Shown: piece by piece, positions 12,692 to 28,247 of the stretch
How the letters are laid out: each line of letters starts with the position of its first letter
How positions within the stretch are numbered: position 1 is the first letter of the stretch
From: Leucoraja erinacea
Taxonomy: Eukaryota
DNA length: 64,000 bases
Direction: 5' to 3'
Assembly: GCF_028641065.1 (NCBI RefSeq)
Contig: NC_073393.1
Coordinates: forward strand, 12,028,001 to 12,092,000
Translations under genes and position numbers: made by a program
The notes under the pieces: generated by a model
Database searches by the model: none
Seen by the model: only the letters and a program-made list of their open reading frames with translations
What the model was told of the DNA's origin: nothing

Positions 12692-13645
12692 ATACAGTGA
12701 GGAAACAGGCCATTCGGCCCAACTTGCCCACACATCTCAGCTACAGTAGTCCCACCTGCCAGCATTTGGTCCATATCCCTCCAAACCTGTCTTATCCATG
12801 TACCTGTCTAACTGCTTCTTAAATGTTAACTGTTGGGATATTCCCTGCCTCAACTATCTTCTCTGGCAGCTTGTTCCATATATCTACTGCCCTTTGTGTG
12901 GAAAAGTTACCCCTCAGATTCCTATTAAATCTTTTCCCCTTCACCTTAAACCTATGTTCTCTGGTCCTCGATTCACCTACTCTGGGCAATAGACTCTGTG
13001 CATCTACCGATCTATTTCTCTCATGATCTTATACACCTCTACAAGATCATCACATCCTCTTGTGCTCCAACAAAGAGTCCCAGCCTACTCAACCTCTCCC
13101 TATAGCTTCACCGTAGATTTTCCAACTTTTTGACAACATCTTTCCTATAACACGGTGCCCAGAACTGAACACTATACTCTAAATGTGGCCTCACCAATGT
13201 CTTATACAACTGCAACATGACCTCCTAACTTCTATACTCAATACTCTGGCTAATGAAGGTCAATGTGCCAAAAGCCTTTTTGACCACCCAATGTACCTGC
13301 GACTCCACCTTCAGGGAGATATGCACCTTCACTCCGAGATCCCTCTGCTCTACAACACTACCCAGAGCCCAACCATTCACTGTGTCAGTCCTGCCCATGT
13401 TAGATGTCCCAAAATCCAACACCTCACATTTCTCTGCATTAAATTCCATCAACCATTCCTCAGCCCACTCGGCCAATTGATCAAGATCCTGCTACATTTT
13501 TTCACAACCATCTTCACTATCTGCAAAACCACCCACTTTCTGTAAACTGGCTCATCTTGCCGTGTATGTTCTCATCCAAATAATTGATACCGATGACAAA
13601 CAGTAAAGCACCGTTCCCCGAGGCACGCCACTAGTCACAGGTGTG
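12692..13645 (-). mobile_element. CR1/HER1-type LINE 3' fragment
   Basis: ORF 13225-13476 (WAEEWLMEFNAEKCEVL...QRDLGV); tail shared with the SINEs (GGGCCGAATGGCCTGTTTCC). Confidence 0.88.
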
Positions 13646-13962
13646 CCTGATGTTAATGCAGGAAAACTGTGCTGAGGTCAAAGATCATACCAAATGCTCA
13701 ACCACTCAAGGCTACACATGGCTGAATGCCCTAGTCCTGCTATTTCTACGAGAAAGATAGGAAAGGGGAATAGCAGTAAACTGTTTGGAAAAGTCCACAA
13801 AGCTATATGAACTGTACTGAAACTACTGGAAGGCTGATAAATTAAATTAAATTCTTCAAGGTCAATGTGCTTCAAAATGTTGACAAGGTAGGAAATATGG
13901 AGAGAGGTGAAGATCACCCTGAACAGAACACTGCAGATTAGAGCATCAATTTGCTTTAACTA

Positions 13963-14145
<183 letters not shown>

Positions 14146-14254
14146 TCACATTTCTAATTACCTCTCCCACACTCAGATTGGTTGTAGAAAAACAACTTTC
14201 GATTTAAAAAATATAGCATAATGCAATTGGTTTGCTTCTTACTGAATGTACTCA

Positions 14255-14476
<222 letters not shown>

Positions 14477-15107
14477 TCAAAATTATATGAAACCAGTGAA
14501 AAATGTACATAGCAAGCAATATTTAAACTTGGGTGTTGAAAGGACAATAGCTTAGTAAAACTGAAAAGAGGCGTAATATATTTATTAGTGCCCTGACACC
14601 CACAACACTGACCTCGAAATTCATAGTACTTTATTCACTTTTGTTAGCTTACAAATGCAATATCGACAGGCTGCAAATTTTTACTGGTGTTCGAGAAATA
14701 ACTCCCCTTCTTTAAAAACTCATTTAAAGGATTGCGATTTGAGTATTACAATTAATACAAGCTTAGTACAAAATATTTGAATGGACCATTTTAATTGTCC
14801 CAATCAAGTAATTGTACACAGAATACCAAGTTATTTACAAAATGCCTCGTGGGCACAATGATTTTTAAAATATTCCCTAAACTATTGCAGCTTTCAAAAA
14901 TAAAATGGAAATCAGTTATACGACACCGACAAAAAGGATTGTTCAAGATATAAAATGTAAGAATAAAAATTAAGAAAAGTGAAATATTTTCATCAAGGTA
15001 TTAACCATGGAAGAACATTTTCAGCTTATTTTCAAGTTTTGCCCTTCATTGGCAAGTGGGTTTTATCAGTATCAATTCAAATCATTCTTTCTAATATCTA
15101 CTACTTA

Positions 15108-15236
<129 letters not shown>

Positions 15237-15594
15237 TTAGGTGATAGCAACACAACAAAATACTGAACCAAAGACAAAAGGCTGGAGTAACTCGGCAGGT
15301 CAGACAGCATCTGTGGAGCGAATGGATAGACAATGCGTCAAGTTTTGTCCCTTCCTTCAATCTAATTGTTTAGATACTACAGTACACTATATCGTATTTA
15401 CATAAACAAATATTACATTCGCACCAGTATCCACATCACATTTTTAATAAACCATTCAAATGTTAAATGACAAAATAATGTCTCATTTTATTTAAGGGAA
15501 GAAAGGTTGTGATGTTGAATTATAGCAACTATTCCATTATGAGATGCGTGTCAAATATCTGAAGACTGAGCCACATAATCAAATGAATTTTAGT

Positions 15595-16360
15595 TGTGGA
15601 AGACCACAAGCGAGGTCTCAAAAGACTAGTGAGAAGCTAATGTTGGCCCTTTAGTTAAGAAGGGAAGTAGAGAGAATCCAGGGAATTATAGGCCACTGAG
15701 CATCAAATCAATGGTAGGGAAGCTATTGGAGAGGAATCACTCCCAGTTGGAAGAGAATAGGTTAATTATGGACAGTCATCATGACTTCGTACACAGAAGA
15801 TCATCTTACTAACTTGATCTAGTTTTTTGAGGAGCTGACAAAAGTGATCGATAAGGGTAGGGCAGTGGATGATGTCAACATGGATTTTCATGAAGTCCCC
15901 CATGGTAGGTGAATCCGAAGATTTGCATGGGATTAGGTGACTTGGTTGTATGGATTCCGAATTGGCCTGATAGAAGACGGACAATATTTATGCTGGAGGT
16001 CTGTGACCAGTGGAGCTCTGCAGGGATCTATGCTGGGACTTCTGCCATTTGTAATATATATAAATGACTTAAGATGCAAGCGTAGACTGGTTGGTTAGCA
16101 AGTTTGTAGATTACACCATCATTATTGAGGTCATGGACTACAGCGAGATACAGATCAGCTACAGAAATGGGCAAAGTAATAGCAGGCTGAGTTTAATCCG
16201 AGCAAGTGTGAGGTGTTGCACTTTGGGAGGGCAAATGTAGCGGTTAAATTTACAACTAATGGCACGATCCTAAACAGCATTGATGTGCAGAGATATTGGG
16301 GTACAAGCCCATAACTCCTTGAAAGTGGCAACACAATTAGACAGAGTGGTATAGAACAAA
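15595..16360 (+). mobile_element. Degraded CR1 LINE RT region
   Basis: Remnants of GNYRP.S, LTNL..FFEE, VDxVxMDF, QGSxLG and FNPSKCEVLHFG motifs across frames. Confidence 0.8.
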
Positions 16361-16498
16361 CATTGTTAAATACAATCACATTTTCAAAAATATTTGCTTA
16401 CTTTAAGTAAAAAAGCTGAATTTACATTAAATCCTTTTATTTCTATATTTCTCACACAGCATAGGCAAGCCATCTGGCCCAAAAGCTTCACTTCCCTA

Positions 16499-16805
16499 TT
16501 TAGTTTAGTTTAGAGAAACAGCGCGGAAACAGGCCGTTCGGCCAACCAAGTCCATGCCGACAAGCGACCCCCGTACACTAGCACTATCCGACAAGCTAGG
16601 GGCAATTCACAATGTTACCAAGCTAATTAACCTACAAAGCTGAACATTTTTGGAGTGCAGGAGGAAACCGGAGATCCCGGAGAAAATCCATGCAGGTCAA
16701 AGGGAAAACGTACAAATTCCGTGCAGACAAGCACCCGTAGTCAGGATCAATCCAGTCTCTGGAGCTTTAAGGCAGCAACTCTACCCCTCTGCCATCGTGC
16801 TGTCC
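16499..16805 (-). mobile_element. tRNA-derived V-SINE (HE1-like), near full length
   Basis: tRNA-like head, V-domain-like core (TTTGTACGTTTTCCC...GGTTTCCTCC), CR1-type tail ending in (CTAAA)n; homologous to 50708-51011. Confidence 0.8.
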
Positions 16806-19129
16806 ATACTTCAAAATTATCTTTCTGTTCCTTTCCTTATCATTCTTTTTTACCTTCTCCTTAAAATGTCACGTGCAAGAAATAGACAAAACAAATTGGG
16901 AGCTCCACATTTTTAACAATTCCTGTATGAAATTTCTTCTGAATATCCCAAGATTCGCTGTTTCTCTTTTCAAAAATGTGGCCTGACCTACTGAGCATTC
17001 CTGCATTTTCTATTTTTACGTGCAGTTTTCTTTCACCCTCGTAGTTTCATTGGCAACTCCATTCCAAAGCGATTCCCAGTCCTCATCTCCTCCGCAGCCC
17101 CCTGATACATTGAGGCACATTATACAAAAGCAGCTATACATAATAGCTCAGGATTGCAGAGAATGGACTGATGTTTTGGGTCTAGACCCCTCTCCACACT
17201 CACCATTCTGAAGGGTCACAATCCAAAACATTGTCTGCCCATTGCCTCCATAGTGTTGCCTGACCTAGTCAATTTTTCCGATATTTGCTCAAGATTGGTA
17301 CATATACAGTTTCTTGTGTCTCCACATATGAATAACTTCACATTTTCAACTTTGCCAGCCATTAATGGGGGCACCAAAAGGGTCAATACTGGAAGTTTAA
17401 AATATTCAGCTTTGATAAAATAGAGTATAAAATTCACAATGATGCAAAAATGATGGGCAAAGGAGCTGTGAAAATCACATAAGATTATCTGCAAGTGAAG
17501 AGAAAAGTTAAACGAGTGCCAATCCCTTGACCAATCATGGGACACAACGATTGGGAAGGAAGACAGATGTGAAAAAGAGAACTTGATGGTTCATATGGCC
17601 TATTCCTGCTCGTCTTATGTTAAACTGGATAGTTCATTCATTACAAATTTGGAAAACATGGAGACTACTGAATCAACTGCCTTCATGTTTTCTTCTACCA
17701 AGGCAATGACAACAGCACCACTTAAATCGATCGAATTGTTTGAATATATTTCTCCTTCAATATTATTCAAAAATAACTAGTTCGTTAAGTTTATAGCATT
17801 TTCCTTCCCCTGCAAATAAACCTAATCATTTCCTGATTGTTACAGCTGTGTTAGCAGATTTCAACGAGCAAATGGTAATTATTGCTGAATTCATGACAAA
17901 TAGTGTTGATCCACCAAGAATCTTTAAGATACCACCACCTTTCCCCCCCCCCCCCCCCCCCCCCCCGACCGTCAGTCACTTCCACTTGGTCAATACAATT
18001 TCATTTTTGGACACACTTGCACACAACTTTAGCTTAGTGAAATATTGCAAGACATTTTAGAAGTACTTCAACAAAATTTGTCACTAAATCACACTGTAAA
18101 TCTCTGATAATCTGCTACTCGAGTATTCAGAAATCCACATGGTGCAGCATCTGGCTCACCATCCAAAATTGTGACGGTTCAACATTTGGCTTTGGTGAAC
18201 GAAATGAGCAAGGCAAATAAGCTCACAAGACATAGGAGCAGAATTCAGCCATTCAGCCTATTGAGTCTGCTCCACCATTTGATCATGGCGGATCCATCTT
18301 TCCCTCTCAACCCCATTCTCCTGCCTTTATCCTGCAACCTTTAACACCCTTACTAATCAAGAAGCTACAGGAATATACATCTACCCAAAAGGTCACCTAC
18401 TTGTTGGGGAGTTAGTCTCTTTAAACTCATCTGATTACATTGGCTGCTCTTCCTTGAAACTTAGCTGGCTCTGTTTCTGTGGTCTCCTCAAACTTGACAT
18501 TCAACCCCAAGTTTATCATTTTACAGAGAGTGAATTTTACAGAGAGGCATTAGCGCACAAAAAAAAGTCTGGAAATATCTGTTAGTCTATCTGTTAGTCC
18601 AGCAAAGTTTTGAACCTGCAGGATTAAAAGGAGGTTTAAGGAAGGCACAGAAAATAAACCAGAGTTTCATTGAGACAATTTCCGTGGCAAAGCAGCAGAT
18701 GGCTCAGATGCTAATCGGGGAGTGATTAAAAGGGGGGGGGGGGGGGGGGGAGTGAATAGATTTGGAGCACAATGATCTGAAGGCTGCAGAAATGGGGACA
18801 GTGAACCTAACAAGTCTGTGAAACATTAGAATTATGGCAGGAAGGTTGTGGAATAGGAGCCAAAATGTATCAGCAGGCATTAGATAACAGTCAACAAGAA
18901 AGACCTCAAATGCCATTTTACTTCCTTACCCAGTAATCAGCATAATGCAAAGATCAGGAACCATGTTCAAGACATGGTGTCTGGATAATTCAGTTAATTA
19001 TTGGGCTGTCAAGAAACAAGCCAATTATATTTCACATTTATCACTAGCCATTGAGGCACATCAAATTCAATTGTTTGCTGCAATCAAGTTTAAAACTGAA
19101 ATAAAGTTACGAGGGGCGAGTAAATGTCA

Positions 19130-19270
<141 letters not shown>

Positions 19271-19422
19271 TCATAAACATTCCACAAAATAGTTTTAACG
19301 AATTGGCATTGATCTGATAATACAATCATTTCTCCACAGATGCTATCTCAGCTAAGTTAGCAAAACGATTACCCCAAATTAATGAACTGTTTCTTGGAAC
19401 TAAAAATTTAAGAAACAATTTA

Positions 19423-19641
<219 letters not shown>

Positions 19642-19789
19642 TCAATGCTTGTAATAATGTGTTTTTTTTAAAGCCAGATAATTGACTGTTTGACTGAAAT
19701 TCAATGTTTAAAAATTACATAACTTGTTTTCCCACCAAACAAGCTAATGTGGCTCTGAGATTATTTGAAATGTTGGATTGCAATGTTTA

Positions 19790-19984
<195 letters not shown>

Positions 19985-20399
19985 TTATGAGCTGAACACA
20001 TGGCATTAAGAGCAATAGTACCTACAATCATGCTTTTAGATTAGCAGCAAGAGAGAACGCTCATCAATTTTGCACTGGGATTATTTTGTGTGCCAAAATT
20101 ACACCATTAATTCTGCTAATACATAATTGGTCACAACTTATTTGTGCTTTGATATTGAAGTATTAAAAAGTACTTCCACATTAAAGGTTGCTCCAGGTGA
20201 AAGTAAAATGGGGGGGGGGGGGGGGGGGGGGGGGGAAAGAGAGGAAAATGTTATCCCCAAAAAACCCCTCTGATTTGCAGCATGTTTGCCAACCAATAGC
20301 TCAAAATTAAAAAAAAACGTTCCTAATCATGACTTTGCCAGGAATCGAGGGCCTGAGTTATAGGGAGAGGTTGAGCAGACTAAGACTCTACTCCTTGGA

Positions 20400-20940
20400 G
20401 CGGGCGATGCCTTGCCTGGGTCGCCGCGCTGGAACTCCAGTGAGCTGAGACCGCCGGGTAAAACATCACGGAGCTGCGGGTCTGTGGAGCGGCCAGCTGC
20501 GGCGCTGAACTTTACACCGGGAGCCTGGAATCTCACGACGAGATCATCAGTTGTGGAGCTCCAACCGGCGTGGCCTTGTTGGCTTCGGAAGCCGCAGCCT
20601 CCAGTGCGGAAGCGGCCGTTCCAGGGTTCCCAGGCCGCTGGGAGGACTCTCCCGACGCCGGAGCAACATCACCCGGCGAGAACGGTAGGAACATCGGGCC
20701 TCCGTAGAGGCAACTGTGGAGGCCTCAATAGGCCCGACTATGGGTGAACTGGGGTTGGGGACTGGACTTTGTGCCTTCCCTCATGGTGGGAGCCATTGTG
20801 GGGGGATGTTCTATGTGTTTAAGACTCTCATTGGTGTTATGTCTGTATTTTTTTTTGTGTGCTGCAAAATGGCAAAAAGCATTTCACTTCACTACACCTG
20901 GGTGTATGTGAATGTGACTAATAAAATACCTTTGATAGAT
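20400..20940 (+). mobile_element. Unclassified GC/CpG-rich retroposon with a Rex1/Babar-type 3' tail
   Basis: GC-rich body, then a T-rich spacer and ATTTCAC...TGACTAATAAA tail similar to the LINE tail at 62176-62230. Confidence 0.55.
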
Positions 20941-20995
20941 AAATTTATTTATTAATGTTTGAAATATACTGTACATCAATCCCAGTGGCATATTA

Positions 20996-21169
<174 letters not shown>

Positions 21170-21604
21170 TTAGTACTCATTCCTGGTACATACTTACACA
21201 AATACCTACATTTGAGAATGTTTTCAGATGAATAAATATAATTTATTACAGGTGCAAAGAATTACAGTTTGCAACTTCAAAATAAATCCTATTACATCAG
21301 TTCAAATATTTATACTGGAACATTGATTGAAACCAGGATAAATTCACTATCAAAGCTTTGTCTTGCACTTTATGTCATCAATGATCAAGGGTCAAAAGTG
21401 GTATTAAATTTGTACTGAAATATTATACAGAAATTACCGTGAATAATTCTGGTCTACATTTTACTTACAGTGTTGCAATCTGGTACACAACATAAACAGC
21501 ATCTGCTATGGCATAATGCAAGACTGACTGAACAAGTAGGAGTGATCAAATAATAAGATATCAAAATGTATAGCGGTTTTTGACGAGGTAGCCAATATAT
21601 TTGT

Positions 21605-21734
21605 TAGGGGAGGGTGGGGGAAATTAGGTGCCCTAAGTAGTCACTAATATATCCAATTAGGATTTGAAGTGCAAATGCAGGACATGACGCTACATGGAAA
21701 AATTGAGGGTTGAAGGAAATCAGGGGGCGGAAAT

Positions 21735-21773
<39 letters not shown>

Positions 21774-22102
21774 GGGGAACCTCGTGCGATGATTGTGGAG
21801 GGAGGCGTCGGTCAGAGTTGGGAAGTAGGGGGGTGGGACTGAGGATAGAGCGCGTTGATTGCAGGAGGGGGATGTCCTGGTGGAGCAAAGGTCAGAGCGG
21901 AGCTTGAATCGGCCCGTTCGCGGAGCTTTTCATCGCCCAGCCCGGCGAAGCTTAAAATGGACCCCGGGATCTTCCTCCGCCCCACAGTCAAATTGCTGTG
22001 TCGAGGCGATTGAGGCTCCAGATGTTGAATCCCCCGCTGGGCGATTAAAGGCCCCGCAAACGGGCCAATCCATAAGGCCGGGGTGGTGGGTGGGGGGGGT
22101 GT

Positions 22103-22146
<44 letters not shown>

Positions 22147-22185
22147 CAATAATTGTCCCGTCCCCCCTCCCCCCCCACCCCCACC
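21605..22185. repeat. Unclassified GC-rich repeat with poly-G and a (GT)n microsatellite (~22098-22145)
   Basis: CpG-rich composition unlike the surrounding intron; microsatellite visible; ends loosely inverted. Confidence 0.5.
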
Positions 22186-22648
22186 CATGTTCTGACAACG
22201 ATTTCTGTGCCTGAAGGAAATAGTTGATCAAAACTTTCATTAGATTTCTTTCTTTAATTAATTATTTGAACTTTTCTAGGATGAATTCAGCCACAATACA
22301 TTATAAATTTCTATTGATATATCTACAGTATAATAATTTTTAAAGAAATATTTGGAACTTCAGTGTAAATCCTTGTCTTTTGGATGGATGCAAAATAACG
22401 CTACTTATTTTTCTGGTACTCTCATTGGTTGTATCACTGAGTGATTGGAGACCATGCTGCCATACACAATATTCTCACTTCTCAACCATGCTGTTGGGTT
22501 GCATCAGTTAGTGCAAGAGAATTACACAATGAATCATCCATGCGCCCCAGAAATCAGTGAACCAATAATATAAATATAGGAAAAATATTTTTACTGAACA
22601 TTTTACTGAACAACTCTATCATGGATTCATACATTATCAAAAACTTAC

Positions 22649-22715
22649 TTGTTTGTGCAAACTTTTCCAAGGCAATAAGAGAGAAAAGCATGACCATGGG
22701 GTGAGACTGTACACT
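22649..22715 (-). CDS. RSPRY1: RSPRY1 exon 6 (SVQSHPMVMLFSLIALEKFAQT)
   Basis: Matches QSHP.VMLF.LIALEKFAQTS; cag/gtaagt; 67 nt. Confidence 0.96.
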
Positions 22716-25700
22716 CTGCAATATTAAGAGTCACACAATAAATACAATGCCACAGATGTAATAGTTGTATAGTTTTTGAGTCTTGAATTAGATAATGTAA
22801 ATAATAATTTTGGATTATTTCCTGGTTGTACAAGCAGACACGATTTTAATGCTTCATTTGTGAATGGGTGAACACAAACGATAGTTCCACAATTGCTTGT
22901 GTACACTGCTTAACATTTAGCAGTAATTTATTGGTAGGGAATCATTTGAAGGCATTTCAAATATATAAAAGGCACCTTAAGGCAAATTAGTCAAATGATT
23001 AAGTGTGATACTAATCAGCTTAATTACTTGCATTCATACTGTAAAATAGTTTGGAACTCTTACCCTCAAGAACACATCCTCAAATACCATTGTCAACTCA
23101 TCCACAAGGGAAAAAACCCTGTGACAGATTATCGAGTGGCCAAGCAGCTCCTCAGGGAGCCGGGAATCATGAGGAAAAGTAGGCAAAATAACATTGGAAG
23201 GCAAAATATCATTAGATTGGCCTAAGATACAAATCCACAAAATTAGCTGGGCCTTGCATTTAGTATCATTACCCAAGGGATCAGATAATGGCAAGAATAG
23301 GTGCTAGTGACCACAATTCAGGTCCATTCATTAATGAGTGAATACTTAACACAAGTATTGATCCAGAGAAAGAAAAACAAAGAGAATCGGGGAGATCTGC
23401 TTTTGATCACTTTGTTCAATGTGGTAAATGTTTGATTGAATGGCAAATTAAAAAATGGCAAAACACTCTAGGAATTTGGAATCCACACCCATTTCTGCAT
23501 TAAAATATAACCCTTTTTTCTCTTACTTCCATCATGTATGCCAAAGGCCAAGTGAAAGTAAGAATGTGTATTTAAAATTAACAATTTTCCAATTGATATG
23601 CAAAGCACAACAGGGCAAGTTTTTTGGCACTCAAGATTTGATGTTCCTTAGCAATATCCCTGTCATTCTTGCACAAGTAGGTTTACAAAATACTTTCCTT
23701 TCAACTATTTGAGTCACTGCTTTTCAAAAAGACATCACAAGAGAACACAAACACAAACTTGTTACAAAGAACAATTAGAATTAGTCATTTATCTAGAGGC
23801 AACCTCTATATTATGGATAACAAAAAACCGGACTAACAGAAACCACAACTCTCTTCTAAAGAAAAATCCACATGCAGAGTAAGAATAGCTCTTACAGAAC
23901 TTAAATTGAAAAAAATAAATAAAAATGAACAGCTAAATATATTCTCAAATCAAATAAGCAGCTCCCGAGTGATATTGGGTGGGGAGGAATTTCACGGGCA
24001 CCTAGAAGATAAAACTGAATAGATTATTGTGACAAAGTAAGAGGACAGCTAATGTGAAACATCAGAATAGACTGCCTGCAGTGTATTTAAGAGCAGACAA
24101 TGAGTATATAAAGCAAATGAGCGGAAATGGGGACATAATTAAACAGTTAAACCTTTAAATGTGTCCATTTTAATGTCTCAAAATGAAACCGAGTTGCACC
24201 TGTAATTTCCCAATGCTCCAGCTCGACTGGAGTCAGTGTCCTGATGAACACAGATCACATTATCTGCCCATATCTTTCTGTCAATCTTCACCACCCAAGA
24301 ATCAAGTTATTTTGCTGAATGCATTCAATCATATGGCAGACATAACCAACAAAGTAATCTTTCGGTTACACCCATTAACTATGATGCATCTGAGATATGA
24401 GTCTTGATTACTTCCTCCATTTTCGTAACACCACCTCATTAATACTGTTCATAGTTCACCACCATACAGAAAGTAATAGCAACAGATCTTTACCCATGCA
24501 CCTCTTATTACAAAGTATTTTATAACACCTTTTATGGCTGTAGAAACCATGGAATACTCATCCCACTTGCCTTCTATCAAGCCAAACTCCATGGCGTCAC
24601 TTTTACTGCAGTCAATTCTTCAATTTCAAAAGTGTTTTCAAACCATCTGTATGGTTGCTACAGTAACATGCTGGGCATGTGAAAAACTCACATATTCTGC
24701 ACAGAATGAAAGATTTCCACAGTAACACCAAGCACAATGACGTACTTGCTGCAGTTTTGTGTTGCTGAGTGGGCAGAATTCAATCATTGGATTTAAAAAC
24801 ACTGGATCCAATGTCAAATTTAATACCCACTTCAGTGGATTAAGACACAAGATTGTTTTGCTTCCAAGTATCTAAACAACTTTAAATGTGAGATAAATAT
24901 TTGGCTCATAGACAAAATGCCATGTTTAAGCTACAGAAATGCGTGTAGAAATAACCTCTGTTAAAGTGGAGAAATGTTTAAATGTTTAAATCTCCAAAAT
25001 TAAATTTTTAGAGATTTAAAAATCTCAGACTTGAGAAGGTAGCCTGTTCACTATTTTCATTAATTCATAAACTCTACATCTGGTATCATCCTTGTAAAGT
25101 TTATCTATAATATCTTTAGTGTCTCTACATCCTTTTCCAATATGGAAATCGAGCACAACATCAAAGTTCTTAGGCTTAATTATCAGTTTTTCATTTCTGT
25201 AGGCTGATCTAGTCCTGCCTCATTTTATGACATCTGCCATCTTTTGTAAATCATCTCCAGCTGGAAGTAATACCTTCATTTAGCAAAACAAAATCTCCCG
25301 TAAACAAAGTTGATGCCAAGCCGCATAGAGAAGCTGGACAAAGGCTTGGTCAAAACAGAAGATTTTGGCTGAGATAATAGATTTCTGAATGAACGGTTAT
25401 TGCAACCTAGCAGTGAAGTTTATCCCAACAAAAGGATCCGCCACAACCTTATTGAATGGCTTTGCAAGCTCCAATGTTGTATGTTCCTGTTTTAATGGGA
25501 TTCTCAAAATAAGAGAGATGGGGACAAGTCTAGACGCCTAAGACCGTGGCAGCTGAAACTACAGCCACAAATGGTGGATGGTCAAATTGTGGTGCAATCA
25601 TGGTCAGAATTACAGAAGCCCAGACATCTGAAATTATTTGGCCTGGTGAAAATTACAGAATGGATGTCAGAGTTTTAAGAAATAAGTTTCAACATTGAAA

Positions 25701-26864
25701 CTTGGTTTTAACAGGAGCCAGTGCAGGTCTACAAATGCAGGCGACAATGAATGAATAGAACTTTGCAAGTTAGCAGTATTAAGTACCGGTAACTTCAAGT
25801 GAAAGGCATAGACGAAGGATTTCATGCAGCAAGTGAATTATGGAAGGGGTAACTTAAAGGTAGAAATAAGACATAGCAATAGCACTGATGTGTGCTCTAA
25901 GGTGCCAGGCTCCTTGTGGCAATTAAGTTTTAACCAAGATTGAACAAACTGTCTGGTTTGCTAGAGAGCGAGGTAGGGGTGATGTCACATAAGCAGAGTC
26001 TGTGACTGGTACTGATGATGATAACTTGATTCCGTCAAATACATAGTTGGAGAAAATTTCAGCTTAACCAGACAATATACAGAAACCAAGAACTAATGAT
26101 ATAAAAGTTAGATATCATCAGCATTGTTGAAAATTGAGTGATTGGATGAGTTCATGAGATAATAAAATAGATGGCCATGGGTAAATTCTTTGGAGATAAA
26201 GGAGGCAATGACAGATGCAGAGAAGAGGTTTGTGCTTATGATTTGCAGCATAACTTACACCAGTTAAGATCAGTTAATTGATGCTATAGGTTTTAAATTG
26301 CCCAAGAAACTAATGATCATATTGAGGATGCTGGTGAATTTACTTGAACTTGAATCATTTACTTTTCATTCTACAATAGTCATGCATTATCCCAACTTGG
26401 GTAAACATCATTGTCGTATGAATCTCCCAAAATTGTATACTTGGCTTAATAAGGATTCTAACAGATCAGTGGCATAACACCAAACAGACATTAATAATTG
26501 ATCTGGCTTGATCTACAACCCTCCAAGAACGTTGGCCTCATTTCATTTACCCAAACATTGGCATATGCGCCCTGAGAGCTGGAATACCACTTTAAAACCT
26601 TTCAAATCAAATCTTTGGTTATCTGTCTTAACATCTTCTCCATTAGTTCAGTCAGGAACTGTAACATTTTGACCAAAATTGCAGCTTATTGACATCATCT
26701 GTGCAATTTTGAATAAAATACAATATACAAATCAGACAAAAACACCAAGATTGGTACCAATTATAAGATGTATGAAATTGCAATTTTTCCATTCTGAGTT
26801 TTGGCAATAGATTAGCTATGAGATTGTTTGGTTCTTAAAAAGCTAATACATCATTTACACTCAC

Positions 26865-26923
26865 CAAACTTTCCAGTAAATATTCTAAGGTGCCTGGGCT
26901 GAGAAGACCAATGCTGGCAGGAC
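26865..26923 (-). CDS. RSPRY1: RSPRY1 exon 5 (GPASIGLLSPGTLEYLLESL)
   Basis: Matches RSPRY1; tag/gtgagt; 59 nt. Confidence 0.96.
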
Positions 26924-27609
26924 CTATAAATATTGGAAGTTTAATTAAAGAAGCAGTTTCATCACAAAAATCTAAGAGATTATCATTGGGTATTAGCCAT
27001 AATTGTGATTAAAAATGAAAAATAATTCATTCTTTGTATTTTTTTTTTAAATGGCACACGTTCACAAATCTACTAATTAAATTAAAGCACCGCATGAGAA
27101 TCAAACTATTTTAGGTAGCATTAAACTATTTCTTTACCTAGCCATAATTCTGATTAATAAGGTAACCAATAAACCCAGAAATTATGTTTTCAACTCTTCA
27201 AAAAGCTTTTACAATACCCATTGCAGCCCCTCATGGGTCAATTCAAGAGAAACTCCAAAATACTTAATAGTACATACACATAAAAGAGAAGTTTTCAATT
27301 TGGAAAGGGCTTATGCAGTATTTTTTCCACATGAGCAATGGTGAAAACAGAAAATACACCTTTGAGAAAACAAATCAGATGTTTTTCTTCCACAACGCTC
27401 CCGAAGCACAATACATTGCATCACAGATGTTGAAAGACATTTATTGCCCCATCTGTGCCTTAACAAGAATGCAAACTGCAACGGTTAACCAGTTTTCACT
27501 GGGCAAGAACCATTGTAGCTTTCCAGGCTATTTCACAGATCATTTAATGAATTAATCATATTGATATTGTAACTATGATAGTTGGGGATGGGAGGGTGGT
27601 GACCAAGTA

Positions 27610-28127
27610 ATTATATTACAATGGGTTTCAAAACTGGCTTACCCATAGAAGACAGAGGGTAGTGGTGGAAGGGTACTATTTTGGCCATGGATCTGTGATT
27701 TGTGGTGTTCTGCAGGGATCAATATTGGGATATCGGTTTTGATATATAGATATTAATGAAAATGTAGATGGGTTGATAACTCATTAGACACACAGATAGG
27801 GATGACAGTCAAATTCCTTTTCGCGGAGAGAAAATGTCAAATGCCACAAGACAAAGTTTTGAGGTGAGAGACAGTAGGTTTAAAAAGATGTGCAGGGCAT
27901 GTTTATTTTTTTCTTACAGAGTGGTAGGTGCCTGAAACATTCTGCCGAAGGTGGTGGTTAAAGCAGATACAATGGTGGTGTGAAAGAGGATTTTTATATA
28001 GGTGCATGAATATTAGGGAATAGAGGGATATTGGTCATGTGAAGCAGAAGGGTCAGCTTAATTTGGCATCATGATAAGCACAGACTTTGTGGTCTGAAGG
28101 TCCTGTGCTATACTGTCGTATGTTCTA
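27610..28127 (+). mobile_element. Degraded CR1 LINE fragment with 3' tail
   Basis: Remnant R.QRVVVEG and GV.QGS motifs, plus a CR1 tail ending GTGCTATACTGT..TATGTTCTA. Confidence 0.7.
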
Positions 28128-28247
28128 AATATGCCACTAAGCAATGACCCTATCTGAAAACATAAGCAGTTGAATTTTTTTTATAACCAGCTTTTTAAAA
28201 CTTAGAATTTTATTTAAACAGAACTCAAACAAAGAAGCCATGGTGAA